Origin: Patescibacteria group bacterium
GTDB taxonomy: Bacteria > Patescibacteriota > Minisyncoccia > Phycocordibacterales > JACOZG01
DNA: 64,000 nt
Direction: 5' to 3'
Assembly: GCA_034658935.1 (NCBI GenBank)
Contig: JAYEGE010000008.1
Coordinates: 68,678-132,677, forward strand
Below, piece by piece: positions 26,238 to 37,120 of this stretch. The translations under genes were made by a program, and so were the position numbers. The notes beneath the pieces were generated by a model, which searched no databases, was not told the DNA's origin, and was given only the letters and a program-made list of their open reading frames with translations. Numbering within the stretch: the first letter of the stretch is position 1; the number at the start of each line of letters is the position of its first letter.

Positions 26238-26427
26238 TTAACCCTTTTTGTGTTTAAAACACTCTCGCTTAGCGCGGGTGTTTTTTCGTTGAAATATTAT
26301 CCCACATTTTTTTCAGAGATATCCACATATTTTTCTAATACCGTTTTTGCTCTAGACCCCGGACGTTTACAATTAGGACGATCTCTTAAGAACTAAGAAC
26401 TTAAGGAGCTATTTTTTTCTCTCTAAT

Positions 26428-28764
26428 ATGCCACCAACTAATAAAAAATTCATAGGCGGTCCAGCCATAACTAAGATTGTTAAGCGAGACGGGAGCATCG
26501 TGAAGTTCGACAGGGCTCATATCGTGGCGGCGGTTAGTAAGGCCATGATCGCTGGCGGCGCTTCCAAGCCGGAATGGCCTAAATTGATTGCCGACGCGGT
26601 TATCGATGATCTGAAGAAAAGCCATAAAGACGAACGGCATTATATTCCTAATGTTGAAGAAGTTCAGGACACCGTTGAGAAGCAATTGATCCTCAAAAAA
26701 TTTACGGCAACCGCCAAGGCCTATATTATCTATCGCCAAAAGCATGCTGAATTGCGCAAACAGGGGAGACATGTGCCCGACAAGGTCAAAGAATTAGTTC
26801 ACGAGAGTAAGAACTATTTCTCTAATCACCTGTCTGAGTTCATGTTCTATAGTACCTACTCTAAATGGATTCCGGAGGAGGGGCGCCGAGAATCGTGGAT
26901 TGATACGGTCGGCCGCTATATTAATTTTATGAAGGAGAACTTGGGCAAGAGACTCAAGTCGGAGGAGTATGAAGAGATTCGGGGCTATATGCTGGCGATG
27001 AAGGCTCTGGGCTCTATGCGGCTCCTATGGAGTTCTGGCCCAGCTGCTCGTAAGAGTAATGTTTGTGCCTATAATTGTTCCTTCATTGCCCCTAGCAAGT
27101 GGCAGGACTTTGGAGAGATTATGTATATCTCGATGTGTGGCACGGGGCTAGGCTTTAGTGTCGAGGAGCAGAGTACTGGACTCCTGCCCATTGTTAAGCG
27201 TCAGTCCGGTGAGACTCTGCCAACCCATGTGGTGGATGATTCTCGAGAGGGCTGGGCCGACTCTCTGGTCTTGGGTCTTAAGACCTGGTCGGGGGGCAAG
27301 GATATCGATTTTGATTATTCTCAGGTGAGGCCAGCGGGAGCTAGGCTTCAAACCATGGGCGGGCGGGCTTCGGGCCCAGACCCCTTGCGAGCTCTCCATG
27401 AGTTTGCCCGAGAACGGATCTTGTCTAAGCAGGGGAGGCGATTATCGCCCATTAATGTCCACGATATCATTTGTAAGATCGGTGAGATTGTTGTTTCTGG
27501 GGGTGTTCGTCGCAGTGCCCTGATCTCAATTTCTGATCTGGACGATCCGGCAATGCGAGAAGCCAAGACGGGTCAGTTCTACCTTACTTATCCAGAGCGG
27601 TCTATGGCCAATAACTCCGCCGCCTATAATGGGAAGCCTTCAGTAGCCGAATTTCTAGATGAGTGGAATAGCTTGATCAAGAGTGGTAGTGGGGAGCGGG
27701 GGATATGGAATAGAGGTAGTCTCGAGAAACAATTACCGAAGCGGCGTTGGCCGATCTTTGCTCCCGATGCTCAAACTAGCGGTGTTAATCCTTGCGGAGA
27801 GATAGTACTAAAATCAAAACAATTTTGTAACTTGAGTGAGGTGGTGGCTCGTAAGGAGGATACTGAAGAAAGTCTGATGAACAAGGTACGGATTGCTACT
27901 ATCCTCGGCACTTATCAGTCTAGACTGACTAAGTTTGAGTATCTTTCTAAGGAGTGGAAGGAGAATTGTGAAGCCGAAGCTCTACTCGGAGTGTCTATTA
28001 CTGGCCAATGGGATTGTCCGACCGTGCGCAACCCCGAGACTCTCCGTAAGCTTAGAGAATTAGCAATTAAGGTTAATAAAGAGTATGCTCGCAGATTTGG
28101 CGTCCGGCCCTCTACTTGTATCACTTGCGTTAAGCCTTCTGGTAATGGTTCGCAGCTCTTCAACTCCAGCTCTGGCATGCATCCACGCCACGCCCCTTAT
28201 TATATTAGGCGCGTCAGGATTGAGTCTCACAATCCCATTTTCAAGATGCTTAGAGATATTGGGGTGCCCCATCACCCGGAGGTGGGTCAAGATCCAGAGA
28301 ACGTGACCACCTATGTTCTCGAGTTCCCAGTGAAAGCGCCGGATAAGTCTATTTTCAAGAATGATATTACTGCTTTGGAGCAACTTGAGTATTGGAAGAT
28401 GGTCAAGGTTAATTACACTGAACATAATCCTTCCTCAACTATCTCGATTGGGGAAGAGGAGTGGTTGGATGTGGCTGAGTGGGTTTATAAAAATTGGGAT
28501 ATTGTTGGTGGACTATCTTTCTTGCCACGCTCTAATCATGTCTATCGTCTAGCCCCATACGAGGAAATAAGTTACGACCATTATAGGGAGTTGATGGCCA
28601 AATTCCCTAAGATAGATTTTGCTAAATTAGTTTTGTACGAAGAAACGGATAACACAGTAGGGGCCAAGGAGTTAGCCTGTGTCTCTGGCACCTGTGAAAT
28701 CGACGCTGTCCCTTCTGCCCCTGCCCTTAACACCGACGACCCCCAAACCTCAAGCGCCCAGTAA
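26428..28764 (+). CDS. nrdJ: ribonucleotide reductase class II, adenosylcobalamin-dependent, with N-terminal ATP cone
   Basis: ATP-cone (VKRDGSIVKFDRAHIVAAV), active-site NPCGEI and CNLSEV motifs, monomeric NrdJ length. Confidence 0.85.
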   Translation: MPPTNKKFIGGPAITKIVKRDGSIVKFDRAHIVAAVSKAMIAGGASKPEWPKLIADAVIDDLKKSHKDERHYIPNVEEVQDTVEKQLILKKFTATAKAYIIYRQKHAELRKQGRHVPDKVKELVHESKNYFSNHLSEFMFYSTYSKWIPEEGRRESWIDTVGRYINFMKENLGKRLKSEEYEEIRGYMLAMKALGSMRLLWSSGPAARKSNVCAYNCSFIAPSKWQDFGEIMYISMCGTGLGFSVEEQSTGLLPIVKRQSGETLPTHVVDDSREGWADSLVLGLKTWSGGKDIDFDYSQVRPAGARLQTMGGRASGPDPLRALHEFARERILSKQGRRLSPINVHDIICKIGEIVVSGGVRRSALISISDLDDPAMREAKTGQFYLTYPERSMANNSAAYNGKPSVAEFLDEWNSLIKSGSGERGIWNRGSLEKQLPKRRWPIFAPDAQTSGVNPCGEIVLKSKQFCNLSEVVARKEDTEESLMNKVRIATILGTYQSRLTKFEYLSKEWKENCEAEALLGVSITGQWDCPTVRNPETLRKLRELAIKVNKEYARRFGVRPSTCITCVKPSGNGSQLFNSSSGMHPRHAPYYIRRVRIESHNPIFKMLRDIGVPHHPEVGQDPENVTTYVLEFPVKAPDKSIFKNDITALEQLEYWKMVKVNYTEHNPSSTISIGEEEWLDVAEWVYKNWDIVGGLSFLPRSNHVYRLAPYEEISYDHYRELMAKFPKIDFAKLVLYEETDNTVGAKELACVSGTCEIDAVPSAPALNTDDPQTSSAQ

Positions 28765-28808
28765 GAGGTGTTTGCTACTCTAGGTAAAACATGGTTTAAT
28801 TTAGGGGC

Positions 28809-29495
28809 ATGACTTTTCATATTATTAGTTTATTTCCTGAAGCCTTTGACTCCTATCTAGAGGAGTCTATTATTGGTCGCGCTATAGGGAAGAAGAAAAT
28901 CAAGGTCAAATTCTATAATCCGCGAGATTCCCTCAAGGCCAGCGCCTCTGGTTATAAGGCCACTGATGACAAGCCCTATGGCGGTGGTCCTGGCATGGTG
29001 ATGCTGGCTGAACCAATTCTCAGAGCTGCTTTGCGGGCTAAGTCCAATATTAAGAAATCAAGGTCTAAAGAGGTGAAGGTAGAAACAATAATCTTCTCGC
29101 CTGGTGGTAAGCAATTTACCAACACCTTAGGGCGGCAATGGGCCAAGAAATATGACCACTTAATCCTGATTTGCGGTCGTTATGAGGGCATAGATGATAG
29201 AGTGCGCAAGATCCTCGAGGCCCAAGAGATTTCTATTGGCGATTATGTATTGACTGGGGGTGAATTGCCGGCAATGGTAGTACTCGATGCGATGAGCCGT
29301 CAGATCCCGGGGGTATTGGGTAAACTCGAGTCTGTGGAAGAGGGTCGGGTGTCTAGCCACGAAGTTTATACACGTCCTGAGGTTCTGGAGTGGCCGCCCA
29401 AGATGGCTCAAGGTAAGCAGAAGAAGTACCAGGTCCCCAAAGTGCTCCTGTCTGGCCACCATGCCAAGATCAATAAGTGGCGAGGCGGGAAATAA
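28809..29495 (+). CDS. trmD: tRNA (guanine37-N1)-methyltransferase
   Basis: SPOUT-knot motifs (GGGPGMVM, GRYEGIDDR). Confidence 0.9.
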   Translation: MTFHIISLFPEAFDSYLEESIIGRAIGKKKIKVKFYNPRDSLKASASGYKATDDKPYGGGPGMVMLAEPILRAALRAKSNIKKSRSKEVKVETIIFSPGGKQFTNTLGRQWAKKYDHLILICGRYEGIDDRVRKILEAQEISIGDYVLTGGELPAMVVLDAMSRQIPGVLGKLESVEEGRVSSHEVYTRPEVLEWPPKMAQGKQKKYQVPKVLLSGHHAKINKWRGGK

Positions 29496-29538
29496 TCATA
29501 TATAATAGCCTTGTTTATTAACTTTAATTAATTATTTT

Positions 29539-30057
29539 ATGTCAGAGATACCAGAGGCAGAGAAGAAATCTCGGGGATTCAATGCCAGCCACGTTGCTAT
29601 TATAATCTTGATCGTGGCCCTGAGTTGGGTTAGTTGGAGTTATTACCAGGGTGATCCGCAGGCTGCCGATGATCAATTGGCTACGACTGGTGTGATTGCA
29701 GGTGCGGCTGATGAAGAGGAGGCCGCCAGATTGGCTACCGAAGAGGCTGCTGAAATTGCCGCTTTGATTAAAGAGTTTGAGGGGTTAGTTCTTCTGCCTT
29801 CTGGTGAGCAGCCTCAATTGGCGACTATCACTGACGCAGAAGCTCTTGCCGCCGAGGATCCTTTCTTTGATGGGTCTCAGGATGGCGACAAGGTTTTGCT
29901 CTATCTGAGTGTGGGTAAGGCTTATATACTCAGCCCCGATCGTGACCTAGTGGTTAATGTTGGCCCCATCATTCAGGAACCCACTCCTACTCTTGAAGCC
30001 CAACCAGTAGAAGATGCTGAGGAAGGCCCAGAAACGATAGAAGCTGAAGGGGAGTAA
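29539..30057 (+). CDS. hypothetical membrane-anchored acidic protein
   Basis: A single N-terminal TM helix, then an Ala/Glu-rich region. Confidence 0.4.
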   Translation: MSEIPEAEKKSRGFNASHVAIIILIVALSWVSWSYYQGDPQAADDQLATTGVIAGAADEEEAARLATEEAAEIAALIKEFEGLVLLPSGEQPQLATITDAEALAAEDPFFDGSQDGDKVLLYLSVGKAYILSPDRDLVVNVGPIIQEPTPTLEAQPVEDAEEGPETIEAEGE

Positions 30058-30221
30058 CTTATCCACAGATTCTGAGAGAGGGTTGACATCTCCAAATAGC
30101 CTTGCTAGCCTTAGCTCAACAAGCAAGATTGTGTTGTTGTTGTTTGCTTGTCTTGATATCTTGCTCTCTCAAGGCTCTAGTTAATTTTTATTAAAAGCTT
30201 CAATATAGCGGCTAATTTTTT

Positions 30222-33200
30222 ATGCAGAAAAAATACTTTTCTAAGTATCGGGAACCTCTGTCCGAGCTTCCTAACTTGGTTACTACTCAACGTTGGTCCT
30301 ATCAATGGTTGGTTAAGGAGGGGTTGAAAGAGTTATTTAAAGAGTTTTCACCGATCAAGGATCACTCTGAGAAAAAGTTCGAATTGGAGTTTTTGGGTTT
30401 TCAAATTGAGCAACCTAAGAATGATGAAAATTATGCCAAGGTCAATCAGCTAACCTATGACGCCCCTTTGCGTGTTCGGGTTAAGTTGAACAACAAAATT
30501 ATTGGTAGCGAGAAAGAACAAGAGATTTTCTTGGCCGATTTCCCTTTGATGACCGACCACGGCACCTTTGTTATCAATGGCAATGAGCGGGTGGTGGTTA
30601 CCCAGCTAGCACGTAGTTTCGGTATCTTCTTTACCGAGAATGAGTTGCGCGGACGCAAGCGCTTCGGCGCTAAAATCATCCCTGCTTCTGGTGTCTGGAT
30701 AGAGTTTGAAACTGAATTCGACAACGTTATCTATGTCCGGATCGACCGCAAGCGCAAGTTCCCCGTAACATCTTTGTTGCGGGTTTTTGCTGATCGTGAG
30801 GGCCGAGAGGTGAGCGACAAAGAGTTGGCTGGCTTGGCCGCTGGCATTGAAAGCGACGTTGATTATCTTGGTATGGCTCTGGCTAAGGATCATGCCAAGA
30901 CGGCAGACGAGTCTTATTTGGAGATCTATAAGCGTCTTCGTGATAGCGACCTGGCGACGGTCGCTAGCGCTCGTGAGTTCTTAGATACGATTTTTAGTCG
31001 TGAACGTTACGACCTTTCAAGTGTCGGCCGCTTGCGTTTCAATAGGCGTTTTGAAAAGTCTATCGACGAAGATGAGTTGGCCAGACGGACTCTCGGTTTT
31101 GATGATTTGGCCACTATTGTTAAGTATATTATTACTCTCAATAATGATAAGACGGCGGTGGCCGACGATATCGACCACCTCGGTCTACGTCGAGTCCGTT
31201 CGGTGGGCGAGATGCTCCAACAGAAATTGAAGATAGGGTTAATGCAGATGAAGCGCAATATCCAGGATCGGATGTCCACTATCGATTCCAGCACCTCCCT
31301 TCCCATTCAATTGATCAGCCCTCGTCCACTCCAGGCTCGCTTGAAGGAGTTTTTCACTACCAGCCAGTTGTCGCAATTTATGCACCAAAAGAACGCTCTC
31401 TCGGAGATTGAGCATTTGCGAACCCTCAGTGCTTTAGGGCCGGGTGGTCTGACTCGTAAACGTTCTGGCCTTGAGGTTAGAGACGTTCACACTTCTCATT
31501 ATGGCCGGATTTGCCCTATCCATACTCCCGAGGGTCCGAATATTGGTTTGATCCTCCATTTAACTAATTACGCTAGGATCAATGAGTTTGGAGTAATCGA
31601 GACACCTTATCGAGTAGTTAAGGGTGGCCGAGTTACTGAGGAGCTAGTCTACCTCAACGCTTTGGAGGAAGAAAAACATATTATTGCCCACGGAGCGACG
31701 GTTTATGACGAAGGCGGACAATTGGCAGAGAATTTTGTCCAAGCTCGATGTAACGGTCAGCCAGGCGTTGTTGCTCGTGACGAGATCGACCTGATCGATG
31801 TTTCGCCGCACCAAGCCTATTCCTCGGCCACCACATTAATTCCTTTCTTGGAGCATGATGACGCCAATAGAGCCTTGATGGGTTCCAACATGCAAAAGCA
31901 GGCAGTCCCTTGTGTGGTCCCAGAACTGCCTCTCGTTGCTACTGGCTTGGAAACACGGATTGCCCAAGATTCGGGGCGTTTGGTAATTGCTAAACGGGCG
32001 GGAACGGTTAATGCGGTTGATGGTCGCCACATTGTTGTTAAGAACGACCATGCGTCTGGTAAGGGTGATGGAGACGAGTATGCGCTGGTCAATTTCATGC
32101 GGACCAACGACAACTCAGCTCTCCATCAAAGACCCTTAGTAAAGGTGGGACAGAAGGTCAAGGCCGGTCAAGTTCTAGCCGATACTTCATGTACAGTCGA
32201 TGGCCAATTGGCTTTGGGTCAGAACGCCTTGGTTGCTTTCATGTCACTTGATGGCGCTAATTACGAGGACGCGATTATTATCTCAGAGCGACTTGTGCAT
32301 GGTTACAAATTTAGTAGTGTCCATATTGAAGAATTTACAGTCAGTGTCCGTGACACTAAACTTGGTTCGGAAGTAACTACTCATGATATCCCTAATGTTG
32401 GAGAGACCAAGCTCCGCAATCTCGATGAAGAGGGGGTGATCCGGGCTGGGGCAGAAGTCGGTCCTGGCGATATTCTCGTTGGTAAAATTACTCCCAAGGG
32501 TGAAACAGAGCTAACTCCTGAAGAGCGTCTACTCCGCTCAATTTTCGGTGAGAAGTCGCGCGATGTTAAGGATTCCTCTTTGCGGATGCCAAACGGTAAG
32601 AAGGGGAAGGTAATCGGGATTCGCATCTTCAGTCGTGAGCGTGGTGATAAACTAGATTCGGGAATCATTAAACAGATTCGTGTGGAAGTCGCTGAGCTAC
32701 GTAATATCCAAGTCGGCGATAAGCTGGCCGGGCGGCATGGCAATAAGGGGGTGATCTCCCGAGTATTGCCGGTTGAGGACATGCCTTACCAGGCTGATGG
32801 AACCCCTGTTGATATTGTTTTAACGCCGCTCGGTGTGCCTTCTCGAATGAACTTGGGGCAGATTTTTGAAATGCATTTAGGCTTAGCGGCGGGGGCCTTA
32901 GGTTACCAAGCTATTACCCCACCTTTCATGGGGGTGACTGAACCAGAGATTAGAGGGGAGTTGGAGGAGGCCAGCTTTCCAGCTAATGGAAAGGTTAAAC
33001 TTTACGACGGTCATACTGGCCTAGCTTTCGATCAAGATATCGCTATTGGTGGCATGTATATGCTCAAGTTGGACCACATGGTTGAAGATAAAATCCACAT
33101 GCGCTCCATCGGCCCCTACTCGCTCATTACCCAACAGCCTCTCGGCGGTAAGGCTCAACGTGGAGGTCAGCGTTTTGGAGAGATGGAGGTTTGGGCCCTA

Positions 33201-33395
33201 GAGGGATACGGTGCGGCCTACACCTTGCGCGAAATGTTGACGATTAAGTCTGACGACATCGTCGGCCGTTCTCAGGCCTTCGACTCCATTGTTAAGGATG
33301 AAGAGATCCCGCCACCTAACCTGCCGGCTTCCTTTAATGTCATGTTGAACGAGCTACGTGGTTTGGCACTCGACGTAGAGCTTAAAAATATTTAA
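30222..33395 (+). CDS. rpoB: DNA-directed RNA polymerase subunit beta (compact, 1057 aa)
   Basis: Conserved beta-subunit blocks throughout, ending ...NELRGLALDVEL. Confidence 0.97.
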   Translation: MQKKYFSKYREPLSELPNLVTTQRWSYQWLVKEGLKELFKEFSPIKDHSEKKFELEFLGFQIEQPKNDENYAKVNQLTYDAPLRVRVKLNNKIIGSEKEQEIFLADFPLMTDHGTFVINGNERVVVTQLARSFGIFFTENELRGRKRFGAKIIPASGVWIEFETEFDNVIYVRIDRKRKFPVTSLLRVFADREGREVSDKELAGLAAGIESDVDYLGMALAKDHAKTADESYLEIYKRLRDSDLATVASAREFLDTIFSRERYDLSSVGRLRFNRRFEKSIDEDELARRTLGFDDLATIVKYIITLNNDKTAVADDIDHLGLRRVRSVGEMLQQKLKIGLMQMKRNIQDRMSTIDSSTSLPIQLISPRPLQARLKEFFTTSQLSQFMHQKNALSEIEHLRTLSALGPGGLTRKRSGLEVRDVHTSHYGRICPIHTPEGPNIGLILHLTNYARINEFGVIETPYRVVKGGRVTEELVYLNALEEEKHIIAHGATVYDEGGQLAENFVQARCNGQPGVVARDEIDLIDVSPHQAYSSATTLIPFLEHDDANRALMGSNMQKQAVPCVVPELPLVATGLETRIAQDSGRLVIAKRAGTVNAVDGRHIVVKNDHASGKGDGDEYALVNFMRTNDNSALHQRPLVKVGQKVKAGQVLADTSCTVDGQLALGQNALVAFMSLDGANYEDAIIISERLVHGYKFSSVHIEEFTVSVRDTKLGSEVTTHDIPNVGETKLRNLDEEGVIRAGAEVGPGDILVGKITPKGETELTPEERLLRSIFGEKSRDVKDSSLRMPNGKKGKVIGIRIFSRERGDKLDSGIIKQIRVEVAELRNIQVGDKLAGRHGNKGVISRVLPVEDMPYQADGTPVDIVLTPLGVPSRMNLGQIFEMHLGLAAGALGYQAITPPFMGVTEPEIRGELEEASFPANGKVKLYDGHTGLAFDQDIAIGGMYMLKLDHMVEDKIHMRSIGPYSLITQQPLGGKAQRGGQRFGEMEVWALEGYGAAYTLREMLTIKSDDIVGRSQAFDSIVKDEEIPPPNLPASFNVMLNELRGLALDVELKNI

Positions 33396-33406
33396 TCAAT
33401 TTCACC

Positions 33407-36400
33407 ATGATTACCCAAAATAAAAGACGAGTTGCCACTCCCGACTTCAATGCCATCAGTTTGAAGTTGGCTTCGCCAGACAGAATCAAAGAGTGGTCCT
33501 ATGGTGAGGTAACCAAGCCGGAAACGATCAATTATCGTACCGGCCGAAGTGAGCGAGGGGGCTTATTTGATGAGCGGATTTTTGGCCCCGAAAGAGATTA
33601 CGAATGTTATTGTGGAAAATATAGACGGATTCGTTACAAAGATATTGTTTGTGAGCGTTGTGGCGTGGAGGTAACCCATTCTATTGTTCGCCGTGAGCGA
33701 ATGGGACATATTGAGTTGGCCTGCCCGGTAGCCCATATCTGGTTCTTGCGGACCATGCCTTCGCGGATTAGCCTTTTCCTCAATCTGTCGGCTGCCGATC
33801 TGGAGAAGGTGGTTTATTTTGCCGGCTACATTTTGACCAAGGTTAACGAAGAAGAGAAGGCCAAAATGCTTAAAGAAATTGATGGTGAGTACAAACAGCG
33901 CTTAAGGAATCTCCAAGACGATAGGAGCAAGGAAGCTCTCAAGGAAACGATGCTCGCGGCAAAGAAAAGTCTAGAGGCCTTATCCCCCGGCAAAGTCCTT
34001 GACGAGGTTTCTTATCACCGTCTATCGCTTAAGTATGGCTCGGTCTTTGAGGCGGCTATTGGCGCTGAAGCAATCTACGATATTTTCCGTCGAGCAGACC
34101 TCAATAAATTGCTCGACGAAGTGGCTACCGACTTAGAGAAGGCTAGTAGCCTAGAGAGGCCGCGGATTCAGAAGCGCTATAATCTTATCCGTGCTATGCG
34201 ACGCTCTGGAGTCCGGCCAGAATGGATGTTCTTGACCGTTCTGCCGATTATTCCACCAGATCTTAGGCCAATGGTTGCTCTCGACGGTGGCCGCCATGCC
34301 ACCTCTGACATCAACGATCTTTATCGCCGAGTGATCAATCGCAATAATCGCTTAAAGAAATTACAGGAGCTCAAGGCGCCCGAAGTGATCTTGCGTAACG
34401 AGAAGCGTATTCTCCAAGAAGCAGTCGATGCCTTAATTGATAATTCCATTCGCCGTTCTGGTAGCGGGGCGATGAGTCAGACTCAACGTCGACCCCTTAA
34501 GTCACTCTCGGATGGCTTGAAGGGCAAGCAGGGGCGTTTCCGACAGCATCTCTTGGGTAAGCGGGTAGATTATTCTGGCCGTTCGGTGATCGTGGTTGGT
34601 CCCAATCTTAAATTGTCCGAATGTGGTTTACCTAAGGATATCGCCCTAGAACTTTTCCGCCCCTTTGTTATCTCCAGGATTTTGTTAAATGAATTGGCCT
34701 ATAATATTCGCGGTGCTAGCCGCCTGATTAATGATCGGGAGCCAGAGGTCTGGGCGATCTTAGAGGAGGTGATTAAAGATAAGTATGTTCTCTTGAATCG
34801 GGCGCCAACTCTCCATCGGCTCGGCATTCAGGCTTTTAGGCCAATTTTGATTGAGGGTAACGCTATTCGAGTTCACCCCTTAGTTTGTGCCGCCTTCAAC
34901 GCAGACTTTGATGGTGACCAGATGGCGGTCCATGTCCCGCTCTCGACTGCCGCCCAGAAGGAGGCTCATGAGTTGTTGGCCGCTAACCACAATATTCTCA
35001 AGCCAGGTAATGGTCAACCGATTGTTAATCCCAAGCTGGACATTATTCTGGGTTGTTTTTGGATGACGAAATTCCGCCCTGGCGCCCTGGGTGAAAACAA
35101 TGTTTTTACTAGTGCCGAAGAGGCGATCATAGCTTTCCATTTTGATCAGGTTGATATGCGAGCAAAGATTAAGGTTGGTATTGATGATTCGCCCAAATTT
35201 GCTGGCATCGAAGGTGACGCGATAGAAACTTCTATTGGTCGAGTGCTCTTTAATCGAGCTCTCCCGGTCGATTTTCCCTTCGTTAATCAAGAATTAACTG
35301 GCAAGGAAATTAGCGCTTTGGCTGAAGAATTAATTGTAAGATATGGGGCCGAGAATATCGCTGACATCTTAGATCAAATCAAGAATTTCGGTTTTAAATA
35401 TGCTACTCGCTCGGGTACCACCTGGGGAATGGATGAAGTGGTCGTGCCGGAGGAGAAGAAGGTTATCGTCGCTGAAGCGTTGAAAGAAGCTGAATCGTTG
35501 GAGGATAAATACAATGCGGGCCTTCTCTCTAAAGATGAAAAATACCGACTAACAATTAAAGTCTGGAATACGGTGAAGAGTAAGATTGAGAAAATACTCT
35601 TAGACACTTTAGAGCCTGAAAGTTCGATTGGCTTTATGCTTACATCTGGTGCTCGGGGCTCAGTTAGTCAGGTCAGTCAGATGTCGGGCATGAAGGGGCT
35701 GATTATAAACCCGGCTGGTCGCTTGATCGAATTCCCGATTATTCCATCTTATAAGGAAGGATTGTCTCCTCTCGAATACTTTATTACTACCCACGGTTCT
35801 CGCAAGACCCTAACCGACACTGCTCTCAATACCGCCAAGGCCGGTTATCTAACTCGTCGTCTGGTTTATGTGGCGGAGGAGATCATTATTACCGAAAAAG
35901 ATTGTGGTGACACCGAAGGCAAATTGGTTTCTACTGCCCAAGTCTCTAGCTTTGATCGTGGGCTCGGCAAATTGATTCAGGGGCGTTTCTTGGCTCGTGA
36001 TTTGAAAGACGCTGACGGTAAGATTGTGCTGAAAAAGGGCAAATTGATTTCTCCTACTGATGTGGCGGCGGCCGAGAAACAAGGGGCGACTGAAGCTCAG
36101 ATCCGCTCTCTCTTGTCTTGTAAGACTGGACATGGAGTCTGCCAGACCTGTTATGGGTTGGACCTTGGTCGTGGTCGATTAGTTAAGATCGGTGAGTCAG
36201 TGGGTATCGTGGCGGCACAGGCGATCGGCGAACCCGGTACTCAATTGACCATGAGAACTAAGCATACTGGTGGTGTCGACGTTGGTGGCGACATCGTTGG
36301 TGGCTTACCTCGAGTGGAAGAAATCTTTGAACGTCGCTTGCCTAAGAACGCAGCAATAGTTTGCTCTGTTAACGGAGTGGTGTCGGAGGTCCAAGCTACG

Positions 36401-37105
36401 TCTACTGAAAAGACTATCGTGGTACTCGGTGATTCCGATACTAAACTAACTAAGACCAAGACTAAGACTAAGACCACCGATGGTCAGAGTGTTGAGTACA
36501 AAGTCCCTTCAGGCCGCGACATTTTAGTTAAAGAGGGCGAAGCTGTAATTGCCGGCCAACTATTAACTAGTGGTTCGGCTGACCTGCAGGAATTATTCAA
36601 ATATGCGGGCAAGGATGTGACTGAGGCGTATATCATTAGTGAAATCACTAAGATCTATGAGCTCCAAGGAGCCTTCATCTCCCGCAAGCATTTGGAGGTT
36701 ATTATCCGTCAAATGTTTTCCCGCCGACGAATTAAGCAGCCCGGTGATACTGCCTTTGAACCCGGTGAGATGGTTGGCGCAGCTCCGTTTGCTGAGGCGA
36801 ATGAACAGGTGCGAACTGCCAAGACCGGCCAAGAGGCAATTGCCGATACCGTTCTCTTGGGAATTTCGGAAGTCTCCCTAACTAATCCTAGCTTTATCTC
36901 CGCTGTATCCTTTGGCCAGTCAACCAGAGTCTTAATCAAGACTGCTGTGCGCGGTGGCCTAGATGATCTGCGGGGCCTTAAAGAAAATGTTATTGTGGGC
37001 CGTTTGATCCCAGCTGGGACCGGCCTGGTACCTGATTATGAACCCAAGCAGGAAGTGCCAACCGAGCCTTCGCCGATGGTCAAAGAAGTAGAATTGGCGG
37101 AATAA
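33407..37105 (+). CDS. rpoC: DNA-directed RNA polymerase subunit beta'
   Basis: Zn-finger CYCGKYRR...CERCG, NADFDGD catalytic motif, trigger loop. It contains a [12 protein letters not shown] simple repeat. Confidence 0.97.
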   Translation: MITQNKRRVATPDFNAISLKLASPDRIKEWSYGEVTKPETINYRTGRSERGGLFDERIFGPERDYECYCGKYRRIRYKDIVCERCGVEVTHSIVRRERMGHIELACPVAHIWFLRTMPSRISLFLNLSAADLEKVVYFAGYILTKVNEEEKAKMLKEIDGEYKQRLRNLQDDRSKEALKETMLAAKKSLEALSPGKVLDEVSYHRLSLKYGSVFEAAIGAEAIYDIFRRADLNKLLDEVATDLEKASSLERPRIQKRYNLIRAMRRSGVRPEWMFLTVLPIIPPDLRPMVALDGGRHATSDINDLYRRVINRNNRLKKLQELKAPEVILRNEKRILQEAVDALIDNSIRRSGSGAMSQTQRRPLKSLSDGLKGKQGRFRQHLLGKRVDYSGRSVIVVGPNLKLSECGLPKDIALELFRPFVISRILLNELAYNIRGASRLINDREPEVWAILEEVIKDKYVLLNRAPTLHRLGIQAFRPILIEGNAIRVHPLVCAAFNADFDGDQMAVHVPLSTAAQKEAHELLAANHNILKPGNGQPIVNPKLDIILGCFWMTKFRPGALGENNVFTSAEEAIIAFHFDQVDMRAKIKVGIDDSPKFAGIEGDAIETSIGRVLFNRALPVDFPFVNQELTGKEISALAEELIVRYGAENIADILDQIKNFGFKYATRSGTTWGMDEVVVPEEKKVIVAEALKEAESLEDKYNAGLLSKDEKYRLTIKVWNTVKSKIEKILLDTLEPESSIGFMLTSGARGSVSQVSQMSGMKGLIINPAGRLIEFPIIPSYKEGLSPLEYFITTHGSRKTLTDTALNTAKAGYLTRRLVYVAEEIIITEKDCGDTEGKLVSTAQVSSFDRGLGKLIQGRFLARDLKDADGKIVLKKGKLISPTDVAAAEKQGATEAQIRSLLSCKTGHGVCQTCYGLDLGRGRLVKIGESVGIVAAQAIGEPGTQLTMRTKHTGGVDVGGDIVGGLPRVEEIFERRLPKNAAIVCSVNGVVSEVQATSTEKTIVVLGDSDTKLTKTKTKTKTTDGQSVEYKVPSGRDILVKEGEAVIAGQLLTSGSADLQELFKYAGKDVTEAYIISEITKIYELQGAFISRKHLEVIIRQMFSRRRIKQPGDTAFEPGEMVGAAPFAEANEQVRTAKTGQEAIADTVLLGISEVSLTNPSFISAVSFGQSTRVLIKTAVRGGLDDLRGLKENVIVGRLIPAGTGLVPDYEPKQEVPTEPSPMVKEVELAE

Positions 37106-37120
37106 ACAATCAAAGGGGGG

